From Spirochaetia bacterium (lineage in GTDB: Bacteria; Spirochaetota; Spirochaetia; DSM-16054; Sediminispirochaetaceae): a DNA stretch of 64,000 bases. This document shows positions 63,727 through 64,000 of the stretch, one piece after another. Each line of letters starts with the position of its first letter. The first letter of the stretch is position 1. Position numbers and translations under genes: made by a program. The notes under the pieces are model-generated. The model was not told the origin of the DNA and ran no database searches. It saw nothing but the letters and a program-made list of their open reading frames with translations. The DNA is taken from NCBI GenBank assembly GCA_034520965.1, contig JAXHMY010000008.1, positions 1 through 64,000 on the forward strand, in the 5' to 3' direction.

Positions 63727-64000
63727 GTGGGGGACTTAAAATATTTTCAGGAAATACCGACCGAGCGGCTTAGAGAGCAGATTGTAGAGCAGCTCAAGCT
63801 TCACTACGCACATGACAACTTATCGGTTGAGGAATTTGAGCAGCGGCTTGAGCGTGCTTCCGCGGTAGAAGAAAAGTTGGCCTTGTTGGAAATTGTAAAT
63901 GACTTACCGTCAATTTCGGAGAGCAGCTATACTGCCGAAATGAGCGGGGAGAGGTATGCCTCCCTAAATATGGGAGAGGTTCGACAGCAGCAGAATCTAG
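63727..64000 (+). CDS. DUF1707-like protein, runs off the window end
   Basis: REQIVEQLKLHYAHDNLSVEEFEQRLERA; GGAGG RBS. Confidence 0.65.
   Translation, partial: MGDLKYFQEIPTERLREQIVEQLKLHYAHDNLSVEEFEQRLERASAVEEKLALLEIVNDLPSISESSYTAEMSGERYASLNMGEVRQQQNL

Overview
Bacterial chromosomal DNA, very probably Spirochaetota (Borrelia-type long L28, BMP nucleoside ABC system, DUF5312-like and long NDK proteins). Many genes, including core ones, carry single-base frameshifts, often at homopolymers, which suggests long-read error. Positions 1 to ~30690 form an AT-rich island abutting the 3' end of tRNA-Arg(TCT); its left boundary lies outside the window. The island holds: (i) an integron-type cassette array with two intact 135-bp attC sites and three decayed ones, carrying mostly defence-like genes, with no intI in view; (ii) an mcrBC locus whose mcrB is split by a three-gene Mu/Tn552-like transposon (24-bp TIRs, 6-bp TSD), whose transposase is itself split by a RIT (recombinase-in-trio) element; (iii) a satellite/IME-like replication module with an HTH Rep, iterons, a primase-helicase and a structured leader RNA, plus a tyrosine integrase. 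Positions ~30690-64000 are ~50% GC housekeeping DNA. The most striking item there is an adjacent pair of a eukaryote-like 3-ketodihydrosphingosine reductase and a Bacteroides-type serine palmitoyltransferase, with a bacterial ceramide-synthase-like GNAT 6 kb away, pointing to sphingolipid synthesis in a spirochaete. A small hairpin repeat occurs twice, each copy flanked by a 10-12-bp duplication that contains a ribosome-binding site. All family assignments come from motif recognition, not database searches.
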